A stretch of 64,000 bases of DNA, from positions 2,488 through 66,487 of the forward strand of contig JAERRO010000006.1 of the NCBI GenBank assembly GCA_016735395.1. The letters run 5' to 3'. The position numbers and the translations under genes are program-made. The stretch is from Alphaproteobacteria bacterium (GTDB taxonomy: Bacteria; Pseudomonadota; Alphaproteobacteria; Rs-D84; JAERRO01). The notes under the pieces are model-generated. The model did no database searches and was not told the origin of the DNA. It was given only the letters and a program-made list of their open reading frames with translations. Below are positions 28,995 to 39,045 of the stretch, piece after piece (positions within the stretch are counted from its first letter, which is position 1; each line of letters begins with the position of its first letter).

Positions 28995-29149
28995 AAAAAG
29001 CTCCTTTTTTTATAGACAATTTTACACTACTAAAGCACCACTGTCAATAAGATTTCTACTGTGTCTTAAGCCCGCTAATTGTCAAGAAAAGTCTCTATAC
29101 TGTATATGTTCTAATGACAAATTAGACAAAAAAAACAAAATCGACACTC

Positions 29150-29665
29150 CTAGAGTATCCCTCGAGATAGTTCTATTTGAAGCTGATTATTCGATTCATT
29201 CTGCGATAAATTTAAGCAAATATCGTCGGTATAAATCCCATTTATAGGCCACTCAACGAGACAGTGTCCAGATTTTATGGCCTCGAAGAAACCTATATTA
29301 TATAGTTCCTCTAGATTATCCTGATCTAAAGTTCTTCCTTTAATTCTAAACAGATCGCAGTGATGAATTTGCCTGTTTATTTGAGGGATATCATAGGAAT
29401 TCATTATAGAAAAAGACGGACTAGGAACATTTATCTTCGGCAAAAAATATTGGATAATCGCTGTAATTAAAGTAGATTTTCCCGACCCCATTTCCCCGCA
29501 AAAAGACAATTGTGTAGGTGCTTGATCTTGAGCAAACATTACTTCCGCGATTTTTGCTCCGAACTCATTTGTATCTTCTACGGACTTTAAAATCACTGTT
29601 GAATTTTTGACATTAAATCTTGAGTCTATAAATAGCGAGTTTAGTTTTCTAAATTTATCAGTCAT
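29150..29665 (-). CDS. tsaE: tRNA t6A biosynthesis ATPase TsaE (YjeE)
   Basis: FCGEMGSGKSTLITAI is the P-loop. SPSFSIMNSY...HCDLFRI matches the TsaE SPTF...H.DLYRL motifs. Confidence 0.65.
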   Translation of the reverse strand: MTDKFRKLNSLFIDSRFNVKNSTVILKSVEDTNEFGAKIAEVMFAQDQAPTQLSFCGEMGSGKSTLITAIIQYFLPKINVPSPSFSIMNSYDIPQINRQIHHCDLFRIKGRTLDQDNLEELYNIGFFEAIKSGHCLVEWPINGIYTDDICLNLSQNESNNQLQIELSRGIL

Positions 29666-30311
29666 CGAAGTCTATACTATCGTCAACGATGTTAGAACTT
29701 TCCGTCGATATTTTGTGTCGCGAGAGAACGAATATCTTGGGCGATATTTTTCCATCTATTTTGGTCGGAGAAACAGAAATGGTCGTCGTCTGTCTAGGTT
29801 CTTTTACGATCCATTTTACGAGTTGTCTATTATTTTTATCGAAGAAAAGTTTAACAGAACCTAAAGATTGAGCTTGAGCTAGAGCTATAGATGCGGTTAA
29901 AAATCTATTATCTTCTCCAGTTTCTAGAACCATCAATTTAGGATTTCCTATAATGTAAAAAGGAACTTGCAGTAGTACTTTTGCCGGTGTCATCGCGAGA
30001 GGAATCGTAGTAATTTGATCTGTTTTATCTTGATACATAACTAGTTGAGATTTTGAGGCTATAATTTCAAGTCCAGAGTTATAGTTAAACCTCATTTGTG
30101 CGGGTGTTTTAAAATAAAACTCTCCTGTATCTTTAAAAGTTTGACCGTTAACTTTAATTATAGTTTGAGTAAATTGTCCTTCTAAAGTTGTCATTTCGTT
30201 AAAATATTTTTCGACCTTTTTAACTATACCATTATCTATATTGGCTTGACTAGGACTACAAAATAAAATCAGATACCCACAAAAGAGCAGACATAATATT
30301 GAGTTTTTCAT
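29658..30311 (-). CDS. Outer-membrane lipoprotein carrier LolA-like protein
   Basis: 217 aa with a signal peptide. The region FNEMTTLEGQFTQT resembles the LolA N-terminus. Confidence 0.4.
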   Translation of the reverse strand: MKNSILCLLFCGYLILFCSPSQANIDNGIVKKVEKYFNEMTTLEGQFTQTIIKVNGQTFKDTGEFYFKTPAQMRFNYNSGLEIIASKSQLVMYQDKTDQITTIPLAMTPAKVLLQVPFYIIGNPKLMVLETGEDNRFLTASIALAQAQSLGSVKLFFDKNNRQLVKWIVKEPRQTTTISVSPTKIDGKISPKIFVLSRHKISTESSNIVDDSIDFDD

Positions 30312-30351
30312 AATAAAATTATAGCCTAGTAATAACTAAAAATCAATACTA

Positions 30352-31506
30352 TTAGAACTTAATAGTATTCGGCAGGAGTAAAAATTTCGCCCCTTGAGAG
30401 TGTTGTTTTCCGGCAGAATCGAGAACAGAATCTCCTACACCCCAAAATATGTCGCCTCTAATTAAACCTTTAATTGCTTTTCCGGTATCTTGCATAACCA
30501 TCAGTTTATTGAACCGATTATTTGAGTAGTCTGTTGTCGAGACAAATACAGGGATACCCATAGGATAAAATTGCAGATCTACGGCTAACGATCTTTTAGG
30601 AGTTAGAGGAACACCTTGAGCTCCGATAGTTCCGGAGTTATTATAATTTTCTTTAAAGTAAATATACCGTTTATTTTTGACACTATATTCTTTAAACACA
30701 GCAGGGTTATCTTTCAAAAATTTAATAACTGAAGGAGTAGAATATTTATTAGAAGGAATTTTATTATCATTTTTCAGCATACTTCCTATACCTACAAACT
30801 CTTGTCCATTATTACCTCCGTACCCGATATTGACTCTTTTACCGTCGGTCATTTTGAGTACTCCGGATCCTTGAATCTGCAGGAAGAAAACGTCTACTGG
30901 GTGTGCATAATATAGAATCCGTCCAGGAGTTGTCTCTTCTATTTCTTTTCTAGTCAAATTGATTTGATCGACTCGAGTCGGCTTTTCCATTATGGGAGCA
31001 GAAAACTCGTCTGTTTTTTTGTAAGAGGCATATAGACCCATAGAGAGATATCCTGTAAAAAGTCCAAGTTTAGATTTATCATTTTGAACTATTTGATATG
31101 GGACAAAATTATTTTCGAACCATTTTCTAGCCTCATTATTAGACATAAAATCTACACTAGGAACATTGCGACAAATTTTTCTAAAGTACGGATCTATATT
31201 TTTACCTGCGATAGGTCTCATTACATTAGAACTTTTTACGATAGATTTACAACTGTTATTAAAGGATCTTAAAGCATCTCTTTGCGAGTCGTTAACCCAC
31301 CCGTTTAGATTATCCCAAGAGACAATTTTAAGATTATTTTTTTTCAGTTCAGTTGCTAGAGGTTCTTTTTTATGTTCCTTATAGTTGACTGTACGAGGAA
31401 ATTTATATCTATAGTGATCTTTAGCAACGGAAGACAGCGGGTTATAAACGCACCCGGTAAAAGCGAGACAGAGGATCGATATAAAATAATTATGTAAATT
31501 CTTCAC
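30352..31506 (-). CDS. mltA: Membrane-bound lytic murein transglycosylase A-like protein
   Basis: 384 aa. It has an N-terminal lipoprotein signal (LAFTGC) and the C-terminal 3D-domain motif QDTGKAIKG...DIFWGVG. Confidence 0.5.
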   Translation of the reverse strand: MKNLHNYFISILCLAFTGCVYNPLSSVAKDHYRYKFPRTVNYKEHKKEPLATELKKNNLKIVSWDNLNGWVNDSQRDALRSFNNSCKSIVKSSNVMRPIAGKNIDPYFRKICRNVPSVDFMSNNEARKWFENNFVPYQIVQNDKSKLGLFTGYLSMGLYASYKKTDEFSAPIMEKPTRVDQINLTRKEIEETTPGRILYYAHPVDVFFLQIQGSGVLKMTDGKRVNIGYGGNNGQEFVGIGSMLKNDNKIPSNKYSTPSVIKFLKDNPAVFKEYSVKNKRYIYFKENYNNSGTIGAQGVPLTPKRSLAVDLQFYPMGIPVFVSTTDYSNNRFNKLMVMQDTGKAIKGLIRGDIFWGVGDSVLDSAGKQHSQGAKFLLLPNTIKF

Positions 31507-31515
31507 AACGACCTT

Positions 31516-32121
31516 TTATGATGTCTTTATCAATTTCAATTTTATCACTTTCGTAATTTTGGTTAGAGAATATTGAATAGTCCAGGTATCTATAAATTCT
31601 ATATCTTTATCTGTTGGTTTATCATTTTTGATGGGACTTTGAAGAGAGTAAAAGATCAATTGAAAAGTACTATTTTCACGATCGACGGAATTTATTTTAA
31701 TTTTAGAGAGACTCTTGAGTTTTGTTTTAGGCGGATTATTTGACAGGGTTAAAAAAACTGTAGGGCTTACTATCCGTCTAATCCTCAAGAGGTTTTGACT
31801 CTGGAAATTAGAAACTATATTGTAGAAGAAATTTGCAAAACATTTTCCAAAGGTTTCTGATTCAAATTTTTTGGGGTAAACAGTTTTCGCAAAATCTATA
31901 ATTAGATCGAAGTCTATAGCAAATTCAACGGTATTATTATTTTTATCTAAAAAAGTGATAGCATCACCCACAGACTTTTTAATACCAATTTCTTTACCAT
32001 CGTCTTGTGATTTATTGAAATTTTTGACTGGATCGATATCCTGTTTCATTTTAAAGAAACTAAAGGCTAGCGATATAATGACGAGAGTCATAATTATAGA
32101 GGTAATAAAACTAAAATCCAT
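31516..32121 (-). CDS. Hypothetical membrane-anchored protein, possibly with a Tim44-like domain
   Basis: 201 aa. An N-terminal TM helix is followed by a soluble domain. No firm motif. Confidence 0.4.
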   Translation of the reverse strand: MDFSFITSIIMTLVIISLAFSFFKMKQDIDPVKNFNKSQDDGKEIGIKKSVGDAITFLDKNNNTVEFAIDFDLIIDFAKTVYPKKFESETFGKCFANFFYNIVSNFQSQNLLRIRRIVSPTVFLTLSNNPPKTKLKSLSKIKINSVDRENSTFQLIFYSLQSPIKNDKPTDKDIEFIDTWTIQYSLTKITKVIKLKLIKTS

Positions 32122-32180
32122 AGTCTTATTATATTCTATTTAGCAAAAATTATCAAGTCATCTAAATATGAAAAAAGAAG

Positions 32181-32208
32181 TTGCTAGATTAAAAATATTT
32201 ATTATAAT
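32181..32208 (+). promoter_or_regulatory. Sigma-70-like promoter for the small lipoprotein gene
   Basis: TTGCTA is separated by 16 nt from TATAAT. A GGGAGG SD sits 25 nt downstream. Confidence 0.45.
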
Positions 32209-32232
32209 ATTGTAAATATACGGGAGGTAAAA

Positions 32233-32361
32233 ATGTCGAGTAAAATAGTAAATTGTGCTATATTATTGTCTATCATATTTGTATTAAACGGTTGCGGTAA
32301 TAAAGGGAATATTCAAACTCCTCCACAACCTTCATATAGTTATCCGTCTAATCTATTTTAG
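32233..32361 (+). CDS. 42-aa small lipoprotein whose 3' end overlaps the convergent ileS 3' end
   Basis: Hand translation gives MSSKIVNCAILLSIIFVLNGC|GNKGNIQTPPQPSYSYPSNLF, with lipobox LNGC. A strong SD GGGAGGTAAAAATG and a consensus-like promoter lie upstream. It is below the ORF-track cutoff. Confidence 0.5.
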   Translation: MSSKIVNCAILLSIIFVLNGCGNKGNIQTPPQPSYSYPSNLF

Positions 32362-35300
32362 AAATTTTCAAAGATAGATTTTGTATATCTGACTTAACGG
32401 CTTCTAATTTATGATCTACGACATTCAGAGAATTTGTTAAAGTCTGTTCTTTGATGAAGCTTTTCCATTCGTCTATAGCTTTGAGTACTTTATCTGCGGA
32501 GATTGAAATTTCCAGATTTATTTTATCGGAGACGGCGAACTTTTTATATTTTCTAAAATCTTGAACGGTTCTAATAATGTCTCTAGCGATACCTTCTCTC
32601 TCAAGCTCATCTGTTAAATTGGTATCAAGAGAAACCACAAAATCATTTTGTCTAGAAACTTTATCGACACTATTTTCATCGTTAGTCATAAGTTTTATCT
32701 CAAATTCGTCCGCTACGAGTTCTTCTCCGGCGATGAAAGCTATATTGTCTTTTATAATGTAGTCGTTAATTTTCACAGCCACAGAAATTTCTTTAAGCTT
32801 CGCCCCTAGCCTTTTTCCTACTACGGGTGTCTTTATATAGAGTACCTTTTTTGCGACGAGATCTATATCGGGTTGTATTATAATATTTTTTACATTGATT
32901 TCTTTAAGAATTATATCTTTATATTCTTCGGCGAACCCGTTGTTAAAGACATTCAGAATACTTTTTGAAGCTGAAAAAATTGTGATATTATTTAGAGGAG
33001 TTCTATTTTTAATTTTAACAATTTCCCTAATATTTTTAGCGATAGAACAGATTTCTTTAACGACATTCATATTGTAGATAATTTCATTATCTTGTCTACT
33101 TAAATTTATAACTTCGGGGTAATTTTGCAGGTGTACACTTTTTTCTAGAGGATTAATTTTCTGCCAAACGGTCTCTGCAAAAAAAGGCATTATCGGAGCT
33201 GACAATTTAGCGAGACTATGGATAACGGTATAAAGGGTATTAAAAGCTTCTTGAGTTTCTAGATTATCAGATCTTCCCCAAAATAAATTTCTATTCAAAC
33301 GGATAAACCAGTTATTGAGGTCGTCTAAAAATGCAGAGAACTTTTGCGAGGCAGAAAAAAAGTCGAACTTCTCTAGAGCCTTTGACATGTCGTTAGTTAG
33401 AAGTTGTAAAGAGGTTAAAATATATTTTGAAAATAAATTTGTTGTATTTTCTCTATCGTTTAATACTGGAGAAATTTTTTCTATATCGGCATAGAGTCCA
33501 AAAAAATATAGAGCATTCCAAAGCGGGATAAAAAATATTTTATTTGTATTTTGGATAGAAGCTTGTAAAAATTTAAAATTTTCTGCCTTATAAAACGGAG
33601 AGTTATATAGGGTCATTCTAACTGGGTCTGATCCTATCTGATCCAATATTTTGCTTAAATCACCGTAATTTGCAGAAGATTTTGAAAGTTTTTTACCTGA
33701 TTCATCTAGAACGACTCCGGTAGTGATGACATTTTTGAATGGAACATCGTCAAACAGAACACAACTTATGACGATCATATTATAGAACCATCCTCTAGTC
33801 TGTGCTATATATTCTGCTACAAAATCTGACGGAAAATTATCTTCGAAGAGTTGTTTATTTTCGAACGGATAATGATGTTGAGCGAACGGCATACTAGAAG
33901 ACTCGAACCAGCAGTCGAAGACATCTGGTATTCTTCTCATATTAGATTTTCCAGAAGGGTCGTCGGGATTTTTTCTAGTAAGAGAATCTGCAAAAGGTTT
34001 ATGAAAATCTATAATTTTGTCTGTTAAATCAAAGTCCTTTTCTATATCCGCAAAAGATCCATAGACATCTATCCGTGGATATTTAGAGTCATCGGATTTC
34101 CAAACTGGAATCGGGGCTCCCCAAAATCTATTACGAGAAATAGCCCAGTCTTTTGCCCCTGCAAGCCAATTTTTCATTATTCCATCTTTTATAAAATCCG
34201 GGGTCCAGTTAATTTTATCGTTTAATTCTACTAGTCTGTCGTTCATATCAGACACTTTTAGAAACCAAGAATTTATAGCTTTGTATATGAGAGGTTCTTT
34301 AGTTCTCCAGCAGTGTGGGTACATGTGAGAGATAGTTTCTTTTTTAATTAGGGCTCCATTATTTTTAATATTTTCTATAATTTTATCGTTAGCTTTAAAA
34401 ACATTCAGACCTTCAAAATCTTTAACTATAGGCAAAAATTCTCCGATTGAAGAAACAGGATCCTCCACAGGAAAATCGCGATCTACAGACTTAACTAATT
34501 CTAGATCTTCTTCGCCGAAAGCGGGAGCAATGTGAACTATTCCTGACCCTTCATCGTCTAAAACATAGTCTGCAGTGAGAACAGTAAATACGGGTTTCTT
34601 ATGATCCTTATAATAGTCAAATAAGGGTATATACTCTAGATTTTTGATTTGTTTACCGTTAACAGAAGATACAATTTGAGATCTATCTATCTTATATTTC
34701 TTCATAGATTTTTCGGCGATTATATTTATAAAAGATTTATCTTTATATAGAATATAAGTAATGTCGGGGTTAACTGCCAGAGCTAAATTTGCTGGCAAAG
34801 TCCAAGGAGTAGTTGTCCAGGCAATTAGTCTAACGGTTAAATTTTCTACTTCATCTTCAGACAATTTGTCTTCGAGAATTGTCTCTAGCATCTTGCTTTT
34901 TTTAAGTTCGAAAGCGACTGATATAGCAGTGTCTTGTCGTTCCCTAGTGTTATCATCCTGCCTAGTTTCAGAACTAGAAATTACGACTTCGGCTGACCAA
35001 GAATAAGGCTGAATTTTAACACCTTCGTAAATTAGTCCTTTATCGTAAATTTTTTTGAATGCCCATAATACAGATTCTGTATAAGAATTATCCATAGTTT
35101 TATAACCACGGTTAAAGTCTACCCATCTCCCAGACTTTTCTATAACGGCTTCAAAGTTTGGAGAAAATTTCATAACATCTTGTTTACAGTGATCGATAAA
35201 AGGTTGCACTCCAAATTCTTCTATCTGCTTTTTTCCGTTTAATTCGAGAGCTTTTTCAGTAGCGAGTTCACCGGGCAATCCATGGCAATCCCACCCCCAA

Positions 35301-35542
35301 ACTCTATCTACAAAAAACCCTTTCATAGTAAAAAATCTAGCGACAGAATCTTTAGGATAACTGGCACTTAAATGTCCCATATGCGGTTTTCCATTTGCGA
35401 ATGGGGGGCCGTCATAGAAAACGAAAGGCGGATTATTTTTAGATTGTTCTAGTGATTTTTGAAATGTGCCATCTAATTCCCAAAATTTTAGGACGGTAGC
35501 TTCAGATTTATTTACATCAAATTTTTGTGGTATATTAAACAT
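32348..35542 (-). CDS. ileS: Isoleucyl-tRNA synthetase, eukaryote-like type 2
   Basis: 1064 aa with HIGH motif PHMGHL and KMSKS variant KLSKS. The C-terminal extension lacks the Zn-finger typical of type 1 IleRS. Confidence 0.9.
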   Translation of the reverse strand: MFNIPQKFDVNKSEATVLKFWELDGTFQKSLEQSKNNPPFVFYDGPPFANGKPHMGHLSASYPKDSVARFFTMKGFFVDRVWGWDCHGLPGELATEKALELNGKKQIEEFGVQPFIDHCKQDVMKFSPNFEAVIEKSGRWVDFNRGYKTMDNSYTESVLWAFKKIYDKGLIYEGVKIQPYSWSAEVVISSSETRQDDNTRERQDTAISVAFELKKSKMLETILEDKLSEDEVENLTVRLIAWTTTPWTLPANLALAVNPDITYILYKDKSFINIIAEKSMKKYKIDRSQIVSSVNGKQIKNLEYIPLFDYYKDHKKPVFTVLTADYVLDDEGSGIVHIAPAFGEEDLELVKSVDRDFPVEDPVSSIGEFLPIVKDFEGLNVFKANDKIIENIKNNGALIKKETISHMYPHCWRTKEPLIYKAINSWFLKVSDMNDRLVELNDKINWTPDFIKDGIMKNWLAGAKDWAISRNRFWGAPIPVWKSDDSKYPRIDVYGSFADIEKDFDLTDKIIDFHKPFADSLTRKNPDDPSGKSNMRRIPDVFDCWFESSSMPFAQHHYPFENKQLFEDNFPSDFVAEYIAQTRGWFYNMIVISCVLFDDVPFKNVITTGVVLDESGKKLSKSSANYGDLSKILDQIGSDPVRMTLYNSPFYKAENFKFLQASIQNTNKIFFIPLWNALYFFGLYADIEKISPVLNDRENTTNLFSKYILTSLQLLTNDMSKALEKFDFFSASQKFSAFLDDLNNWFIRLNRNLFWGRSDNLETQEAFNTLYTVIHSLAKLSAPIMPFFAETVWQKINPLEKSVHLQNYPEVINLSRQDNEIIYNMNVVKEICSIAKNIREIVKIKNRTPLNNITIFSASKSILNVFNNGFAEEYKDIILKEINVKNIIIQPDIDLVAKKVLYIKTPVVGKRLGAKLKEISVAVKINDYIIKDNIAFIAGEELVADEFEIKLMTNDENSVDKVSRQNDFVVSLDTNLTDELEREGIARDIIRTVQDFRKYKKFAVSDKINLEISISADKVLKAIDEWKSFIKEQTLTNSLNVVDHKLEAVKSDIQNLSLKISKID

Positions 35543-35572
35543 ATTATTCTTCTTATAAATAGCGGTAATAAT

Positions 35573-36535
35573 CTAGAAAGTATATCTGTATCCGAGGAAG
35601 GTAGACCAAAGCATATTTGTGGGAATGGATAATAGTATTCTATCACTAGTACTACTTGAAGCTCCGTAGTCTATACTACCTATATAGACACCTTTAATTC
35701 CTGCCTCAATTTTAGATCTTTCTGTCGAGTGATATGTAAACCCCGTCGTTAGAGCTGCCGCCATACTCCGTTGTACAATACCTTCTGACATATATGACTC
35801 ACAAATTGAAAGTCCAGGAGCTCCAGACCACTTTGTACAGAAGGCATCGAGACCTACGATACTAGTCGTTTCTCCATTTCTATCGTTGAGTTCCATTCTA
35901 CTTTCATTTATAGCATACCCTACACCGGCTCCTATAAATGGAACTATAGATCCGTTTTGAATATAAGAAGATTTTTGAAAATCGTAGTAGATCATAGCTA
36001 ACATAACATCACTAGTCAGTTTAGCATTATATGCTGTAGAAACGGAAAGTCCTACGATCAGGTTGGAATCTTCAGGAGGGGTCTGTTGTCCGCTAAGTAG
36101 TTCATCACTAGAAAATCGCATATTAGAAAAATGATCCCAAGCTAGTTCTGCTCTCCAGTTCGACTCTTTTAGTCTAGTTCCAAATGCTATAGAAAAGAAA
36201 CTTCCTAACCGTTGTTCTGGTTTAATGGCATCAAGTTTACCATAATCGAATGTCAAAAGTGTATTAGTAGCAGTTCCACCGGGGTATAAATAAGAGTATG
36301 TATCGTCGATAGAGTTATAATCATAGGTACTTTGAGTCATTCCGACTTTATTATCTATACTTTCGATTATCATCCCGGACAGACCACCTCTAATAGCTAT
36401 ATAGGTAGACTCATGTCCTGACTTTTCCTCTTCGGCCCAATTCCATGAGGCTTGCAACGGTAGAGTCAGAAGACAAGACATAGATAAAATTAAAAATCTT
36501 TTTAACATAAAAAAGTCCTTTACATATATTGACAA
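35573..36535 (-). CDS. Outer-membrane beta-barrel protein
   Basis: A signal peptide is followed by alternating amphipathic beta-strand patterns. It ends with the terminal aromatic ...YRYTF. Confidence 0.4.
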   Translation of the reverse strand: MSIYVKDFFMLKRFLILSMSCLLTLPLQASWNWAEEEKSGHESTYIAIRGGLSGMIIESIDNKVGMTQSTYDYNSIDDTYSYLYPGGTATNTLLTFDYGKLDAIKPEQRLGSFFSIAFGTRLKESNWRAELAWDHFSNMRFSSDELLSGQQTPPEDSNLIVGLSVSTAYNAKLTSDVMLAMIYYDFQKSSYIQNGSIVPFIGAGVGYAINESRMELNDRNGETTSIVGLDAFCTKWSGAPGLSICESYMSEGIVQRSMAAALTTGFTYHSTERSKIEAGIKGVYIGSIDYGASSSTSDRILLSIPTNMLWSTFLGYRYTF

Positions 36536-36610
36536 AGAATGTTAAATTTATCTTACAACAAAGTACAGGTAAAAGACAAGTACTTTCTATAAAGAAAATG
36601 GAGGTATTAA

Positions 36611-38797
36611 ATTACAGCTAATAAGTTAAACAAAAGTCAGTCAAAATCTGTTTTACTAGGAGACGGTCCCTCTCTAATTTTGGCAGGGGCTGGCACGGGA
36701 AAAACGACGGTACTAATAAACAGGCTTCGTCATCTAATAGAAGACCGAGACATTGCCGGCTATCGTCTTGTTGCGATGACATTTACGAATAAAGCATCTT
36801 TAGAGATGAAAGACAGACTGTTTAATATGGTAGGAGAAGAAAAAGGCAAAACTGTTCAACTAGGAACATTTCACGGGTTATGTTGGAGGTGGATAATAGG
36901 ATATAGAATTAAAAAGAACCTATCAAAATGCATATTGATAGACGACAACGAGCAGTTGAAGTTGGTCAAGGAGATAGTCCGCCCTGACAACAAGGACAAA
37001 TTGATAGATTACAAAGAAGTTTTAGAAAGCATACAGAGGTTTAAAGACAACCTTTACGATATACAAAATTTACCTACTGACTTTAAAGATCCATCTTTCG
37101 GCAATTTTAAAACTATCTATCTATCGTATCAGTCTAAATTGAAAGAGTTAAACGGGCTAGACTTTGGCGACATCTTATTATATATGTTAAAAATTTTAGA
37201 GGAGGATAAAGAATACGGAAGCTATATGCGGAACCGATTTCACAGTATACTAGTGGACGAGTTTCAAGACACAAATAGATCGCAGTATAAATTGATAAGG
37301 TGTTTAACGAAACCGCCGTATAATTTGTTTTGTGTTGGCGATGACGATCAGTTGATATATCAGTGGCGGGGGGCTAACATAGATAATATCAGAGGTCTCC
37401 CTAAAGAGTTCAAAGAATTAACGACTATAAAGTTGGAAGAAAATTACAGATCTACTCCTAATATATTGGGGACGGCGAACCGAGTAATATGTAATAACAA
37501 AAACAGATTTGAGAAAAAATTATATGCAAGCGGTTATAAAGGTAAAATCTGCTCCAAGGTTATGGAGAACAGATCATCGGATCTAAATTACGAGTCTTCT
37601 ATAGGTGATGTAATACATCGACAGTTAGACAATGACTATGACGAAGCTCACCATATAGTCCAAGATATAGTGAATGCGATAAAAAATGGTTATAGCTACT
37701 CCCAAATAGCGATATTGATAAGGTCGTCTACGATCGGATCAAAAATAGAAGAAAAGCTACATTTATTTTCTATACCTTTCAGGGTCGTAGGAGGCAAGAA
37801 ATTTTTTGAATATAAGGATATCCAAGACTTAATATCTTACATAAAAATATCTCACAGTCCGACTCACAATTTGGCATTATCTCGTAGTCTACAAACACCC
37901 AAAAGAGGTTGCGGTACTGCATATCTAGAAAAATTAAAGCAAATATCTTATGAAGACGGGACTACATTGTTAGAGTCTATACCTAAAGCTGGAAAAAGAC
38001 CGAAGGCGGTAGAATATTATGAGATGATAAAATCGTTTAACGAAATCTCTTCTTCCGTCGGTTTATGTGGGAGTGCGGGAGAAAGTTCTGAAACTCTAAC
38101 TCTACCTATATTTATCAGAAATTTATATGAAGCCAGCGGATTAAAAAACATAATAGATAACTCTACGGAGAACAGGGAAAGTCGTCAAGGCAGAATAGAA
38201 AGTTTTATAGACTTATCTAACCGTTTTAACAATCTAGACACATTTTTAGATTATCTTACATTAGTGAGCGGTATCGATTCTGCAGATGATGTAGACGGAA
38301 GAGTATCGTTAATGACGATACATTCGTCGAAAGGTCTAGAATTCGACATAGTATTTTTAGCGGGGCTTGAAGAGGGGATATTACCTACATTTAATTCTAT
38401 AAACGACGGCGGAGATAAGTTAGAGGAAGAGCGGAGGATAACTTATGTCGGGATAACGAGAGCGAAAAAAAAGTTAGTTCTTTCTTGTTGTCGAGAGAGA
38501 TTTGTACACGGCAAAGTCGTCCGAAATGCTCCTAGCAGATTTTATATAGAGAGTTTACCGCCTATTGTGTCATTAACTGATACCAATATAAAAAAGCCAA
38601 AAAAACAGAAAAAACACCGTAATTTTAATAAATTGGAGAAATCTTTAACTACGGAGAATAGTCTACAGGGCAAAATTATAAAACATAAATCTTTTGGGAC
38701 AGGAGTAGTAATAAAAGAGGACGAAAGCGATCTATTGACGGTAGCATTTAAAAATGGTGTAGTTAAGAAAATAGAGAAAAACGAAATACAAAATTAG
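36611..38797 (+). CDS. uvrD: ATP-dependent DNA helicase UvrD/PcrA family. The ORF track starts at TTG 36680, but the conserved N-terminus lies upstream.
   Basis: Motifs GAGTGKT (Ia), DEFQDTN (II) and the Q-motif region are present, with a C-terminal Tudor-like tail (KHKSFGTGVVIKEDE). Upstream of 36680 the frame stays open to 36611 (ITANKLNKSQSKSVLLGDGPSLILAGAGTGKT) with no ATG/GTG/TTG. Confidence 0.8.
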   Translation: MTANKLNKSQSKSVLLGDGPSLILAGAGTGKTTVLINRLRHLIEDRDIAGYRLVAMTFTNKASLEMKDRLFNMVGEEKGKTVQLGTFHGLCWRWIIGYRIKKNLSKCILIDDNEQLKLVKEIVRPDNKDKLIDYKEVLESIQRFKDNLYDIQNLPTDFKDPSFGNFKTIYLSYQSKLKELNGLDFGDILLYMLKILEEDKEYGSYMRNRFHSILVDEFQDTNRSQYKLIRCLTKPPYNLFCVGDDDQLIYQWRGANIDNIRGLPKEFKELTTIKLEENYRSTPNILGTANRVICNNKNRFEKKLYASGYKGKICSKVMENRSSDLNYESSIGDVIHRQLDNDYDEAHHIVQDIVNAIKNGYSYSQIAILIRSSTIGSKIEEKLHLFSIPFRVVGGKKFFEYKDIQDLISYIKISHSPTHNLALSRSLQTPKRGCGTAYLEKLKQISYEDGTTLLESIPKAGKRPKAVEYYEMIKSFNEISSSVGLCGSAGESSETLTLPIFIRNLYEASGLKNIIDNSTENRESRQGRIESFIDLSNRFNNLDTFLDYLTLVSGIDSADDVDGRVSLMTIHSSKGLEFDIVFLAGLEEGILPTFNSINDGGDKLEEERRITYVGITRAKKKLVLSCCRERFVHGKVVRNAPSRFYIESLPPIVSLTDTNIKKPKKQKKHRNFNKLEKSLTTENSLQGKIIKHKSFGTGVVIKEDESDLLTVAFKNGVVKKIEKNEIQN

Positions 38798-38828
38798 TGA
38801 GATTGAGTAATAAATTAGATCTCTAAAT

Positions 38829-38902
38829 TGGTTGCCCCGCCTAGATTCGAACTAAGATTAATGGAACCAAAATCCACGGTTCTACCATTGAACTACGGGG
38901 CA
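38829..38902 (-). tRNA. tRNA-Gln (anticodon TTG)
   Basis: The reverse complement reads TGCCCCGTAGTTCAATGGTAGAACCGTGGATTTTGGTTCCATTAATCTTAGTTCGAATCTAGGCGGGGCAACCA. The acceptor stem pairs, the T-loop is TTCGAAT, and the anticodon loop is TTTTGGT. Confidence 0.75.
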
Positions 38903-39045
38903 AAGTTAGTTAAAAGAAGATTCAACTTTTTTTATTATATCTAATTGACAGAAAAAGTCTATAGTAAATTAAAACTTTTTGTAAAAATCGGTTGCACTTT
39001 AGAATGTAATTATATAGTCTTTACTCAACTAGGAGTTTATTTAAA

